The notes beneath the pieces were generated by a model, which had not been told where the DNA came from, ran no database searches, and worked only from the letters and a program-made list of their open reading frames with translations. The translations under genes and the position numbers were made by a program. From a virus: DNA of 64,000 nt. Below are positions 62,533-64,000 of the stretch, one piece after another (position 1 is the first letter of the stretch; each line of letters begins with the position of its first letter). Where the stretch lies: IMG/VR virus record IMGVR_UViG_3300029893_000004, positions 11,780-75,779 of that record. One strand, 5' to 3'.

Positions 62533-62731
62533 CTAACGCTATCGCATTCCCGCGTAAGTTCCGGTACTTGGCGCGCGCGCGCGGTTCAGAGGATGCGCGG
62601 CTAACGTTATCCAGGCGCGCCCCTGACGTTTAGCGCCCGGATCGCGTGCATTTTGATGTCAGGATAACGTTAGGCTACACGTATCCGAACGAAATTGCAA
62701 GGGAACCGGATAACGTTAGCTAACGTTATCC
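62533..62731. repeat. GGATAACGTTAG iterated site including a 24-bp perfect palindrome
   Basis: Copies at 62601-62612 (rev), 62662-62673, 62708-62719 and 62720-62731 (rev); degenerate copy at 62533-62544. Confidence 0.9.
62672..62700 (-). promoter_or_regulatory. Sigma70-like promoter upstream of methylase/terS
   Basis: TTGCAA-N17-TAGCCT; spacer contains CGTTCGGAT. Confidence 0.55.
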
Positions 62732-64000
62732 CTCCCGCTGCGTCAGGTTGTCGAACCGCGAGAACTCCCCCGTGAACCGCACCTTGACGGTCCCCGTTGG
62801 CCCGTTCCGGTGCTTCGCCACGATGATCTCCGCGATGCCCTTGTCGTCGCTGTCCGCGTGGTACACCTCATCGCGGTACACGAAGCAGATCACGTCCGCG
62901 TCCTGCTCGATGGCGCCCGACTCACGCAGGTCGCTCATCATCGGCCGCTTGTCGGCTCGCGACTCGAGGCCGCGGTTCAACTGCGAGAGCGCGATGACCG
63001 GGATGTTCAGCTCCTTCGCCAAGCCCTTGAGCCCCCGGCTGATCTCGCTGATCTCCTGCTCGCGCGTGCCGTTCTTTCGCGTGCTACTGGCCCGCATGAG
63101 CTGTAGGTAGTCGACCACGATCAGGTCGAGCCCGCCGTCCATGGCGAGGCGGCGCGCCCGGGCCCGAACGTCCAGCACGGTCACCGCCGGGGTCTCCTCG
63201 ATGTACACCGGAAGCTGCGTCAGCCGCTCGTATGCGCCCGTGAGCCGCGGCCACTCGCCGTCAGACAGCCACCCGGACCGAACGCGGTTCAGCTCGATCT
63301 TGGCCTCGCTGGCCGCGATGCGGTCGGCGAGCTGCAGGTCGCCCATCTCCAGCGACCACACGAGCGCCCGGGCGCCGGCAAGCCGCGCCGCGTTCATGGC
63401 GATGTTCACAGCGAACGTGGTCTTGCCCATCGCAGGGCGCCCGGCGACGATGATCAGGTCCGAGGGCTGCAGGCCGAGCAGCATCTCGTCCAGGTCACTG
63501 AACCCCGTCGTCGTGCCCGTCACGCCCTGACCGCGCCGGTCGAAGCGCTCGCGCATGACCTGCCAGTGCCGACCCATGAGCGTCTTCAGGCTCTTCGCGC
63601 CCTTCGCCCGGCTGTCGACCGCCTCGAGCATGACGCGCTGCGCCTGATCGACGAACTCCTCGGTCGGCACCTGCTCGTCGTACCCGACGCGGATCGTCTC
63701 CTGCGCCGCGTGCAGGATCTCCCGGCGCCGCGCCTTCTCGCGCACCTTGCGCGCGTAGGTCTCGACGGCAGACAGCGACGGACACTGTTCGAGCAGCAGG
63801 CTCACGTACGTGAGCCCGCCGCAGCGGTCGAGGTTGCCGTCCTGGCGGAGCTGCGCGGCGACCGTCAGCGGGTCGATCGGCTCACCGCGGCCCATGAGCG
63901 CGCACATGGCCTCGAACACGAGCTGGTGCGACTGCCGATGGAAGTCACCGGCCTTGACGTGCTCCAGCGCCACGGGCAGCAGCTTCTCGTCGAGCAGGAT
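62726..64000 (-). CDS. dnaB: Replicative DNA helicase (5' end beyond window)
   Basis: AGRPAMGKT, LIVVDYLQL, LSQLNR, DLRESGAIEQDAD, KHRNGPTG. Confidence 0.97.
   Translation of the reverse strand: MLLDEKLLPVALEHVKAGDFHRQSHQLVFEAMCALMGRGEPIDPLTVAAQLRQDGNLDRCGGLTYVSLLLEQCPSLSAVETYARKVREKARRREILHAAQETIRVGYDEQVPTEEFVDQAQRVMLEAVDSRAKGAKSLKTLMGRHWQVMRERFDRRGQGVTGTTTGFSDLDEMLLGLQPSDLIIVAGRPAMGKTTFAVNIAMNAARLAGARALVWSLEMGDLQLADRIAASEAKIELNRVRSGWLSDGEWPRLTGAYERLTQLPVYIEETPAVTVLDVRARARRLAMDGGLDLIVVDYLQLMRASSTRKNGTREQEISEISRGLKGLAKELNIPVIALSQLNRGLESRADKRPMMSDLRESGAIEQDADVICFVYRDEVYHADSDDKGIAEIIVAKHRNGPTGTVKVRFTGEFSRFDNLTQREG

Noticed and set aside
62708-62731. Protelomerase (telRL-type) site
   Set aside because: The palindrome is short, overlaps the dnaB stop, and no protelomerase gene is seen in the window; cannot be fully excluded
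1-64000. tRNA, rRNA, integrase or transposase genes
   Set aside because: No cloverleaf or recombinase motifs recognised by eye; tRNAscan was not run

Overview
High-GC tailed phage (or prophage) segment, read almost entirely on the minus strand. From right to left: DnaB helicase, an iterated palindromic site, an internally deleted DNA methylase, and the small and large terminase subunits. Next comes an HTH-controlled operon encoding a type IV-B-like CRISPR effector (csf1-cas11-csf2-csf3). It has no array and no cysH, but is translationally coupled to a radical SAM enzyme. A mosaic accessory region follows, with captured fragments of host loci (ABC-3C/Lamassu-like; sigma factor/ImmA-IrrE-like), many deletion scars, SSB, a DEDDh exonuclease, an Ntn hydrolase and a metallophosphoesterase. 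After that are modular putative head-cargo proteins, including a ddrB-ParB-like protein, and a complete contractile-tail structural module (Herelleviridae-like portal, protease, capsid, sheath, tube, baseplate). The window ends with a cluster of signal-peptide-bearing fibre-like proteins and an amidase endolysin. Lipoboxes, the SSB type and Cys-rich lipoproteins suggest a high-GC Gram-negative host, possibly Myxococcota-like (inference). All family assignments come from motif recognition by eye; no database searches were run. Most long ORFs in the supplied track on the opposite strand or in alternative frames are high-GC shadow ORFs.
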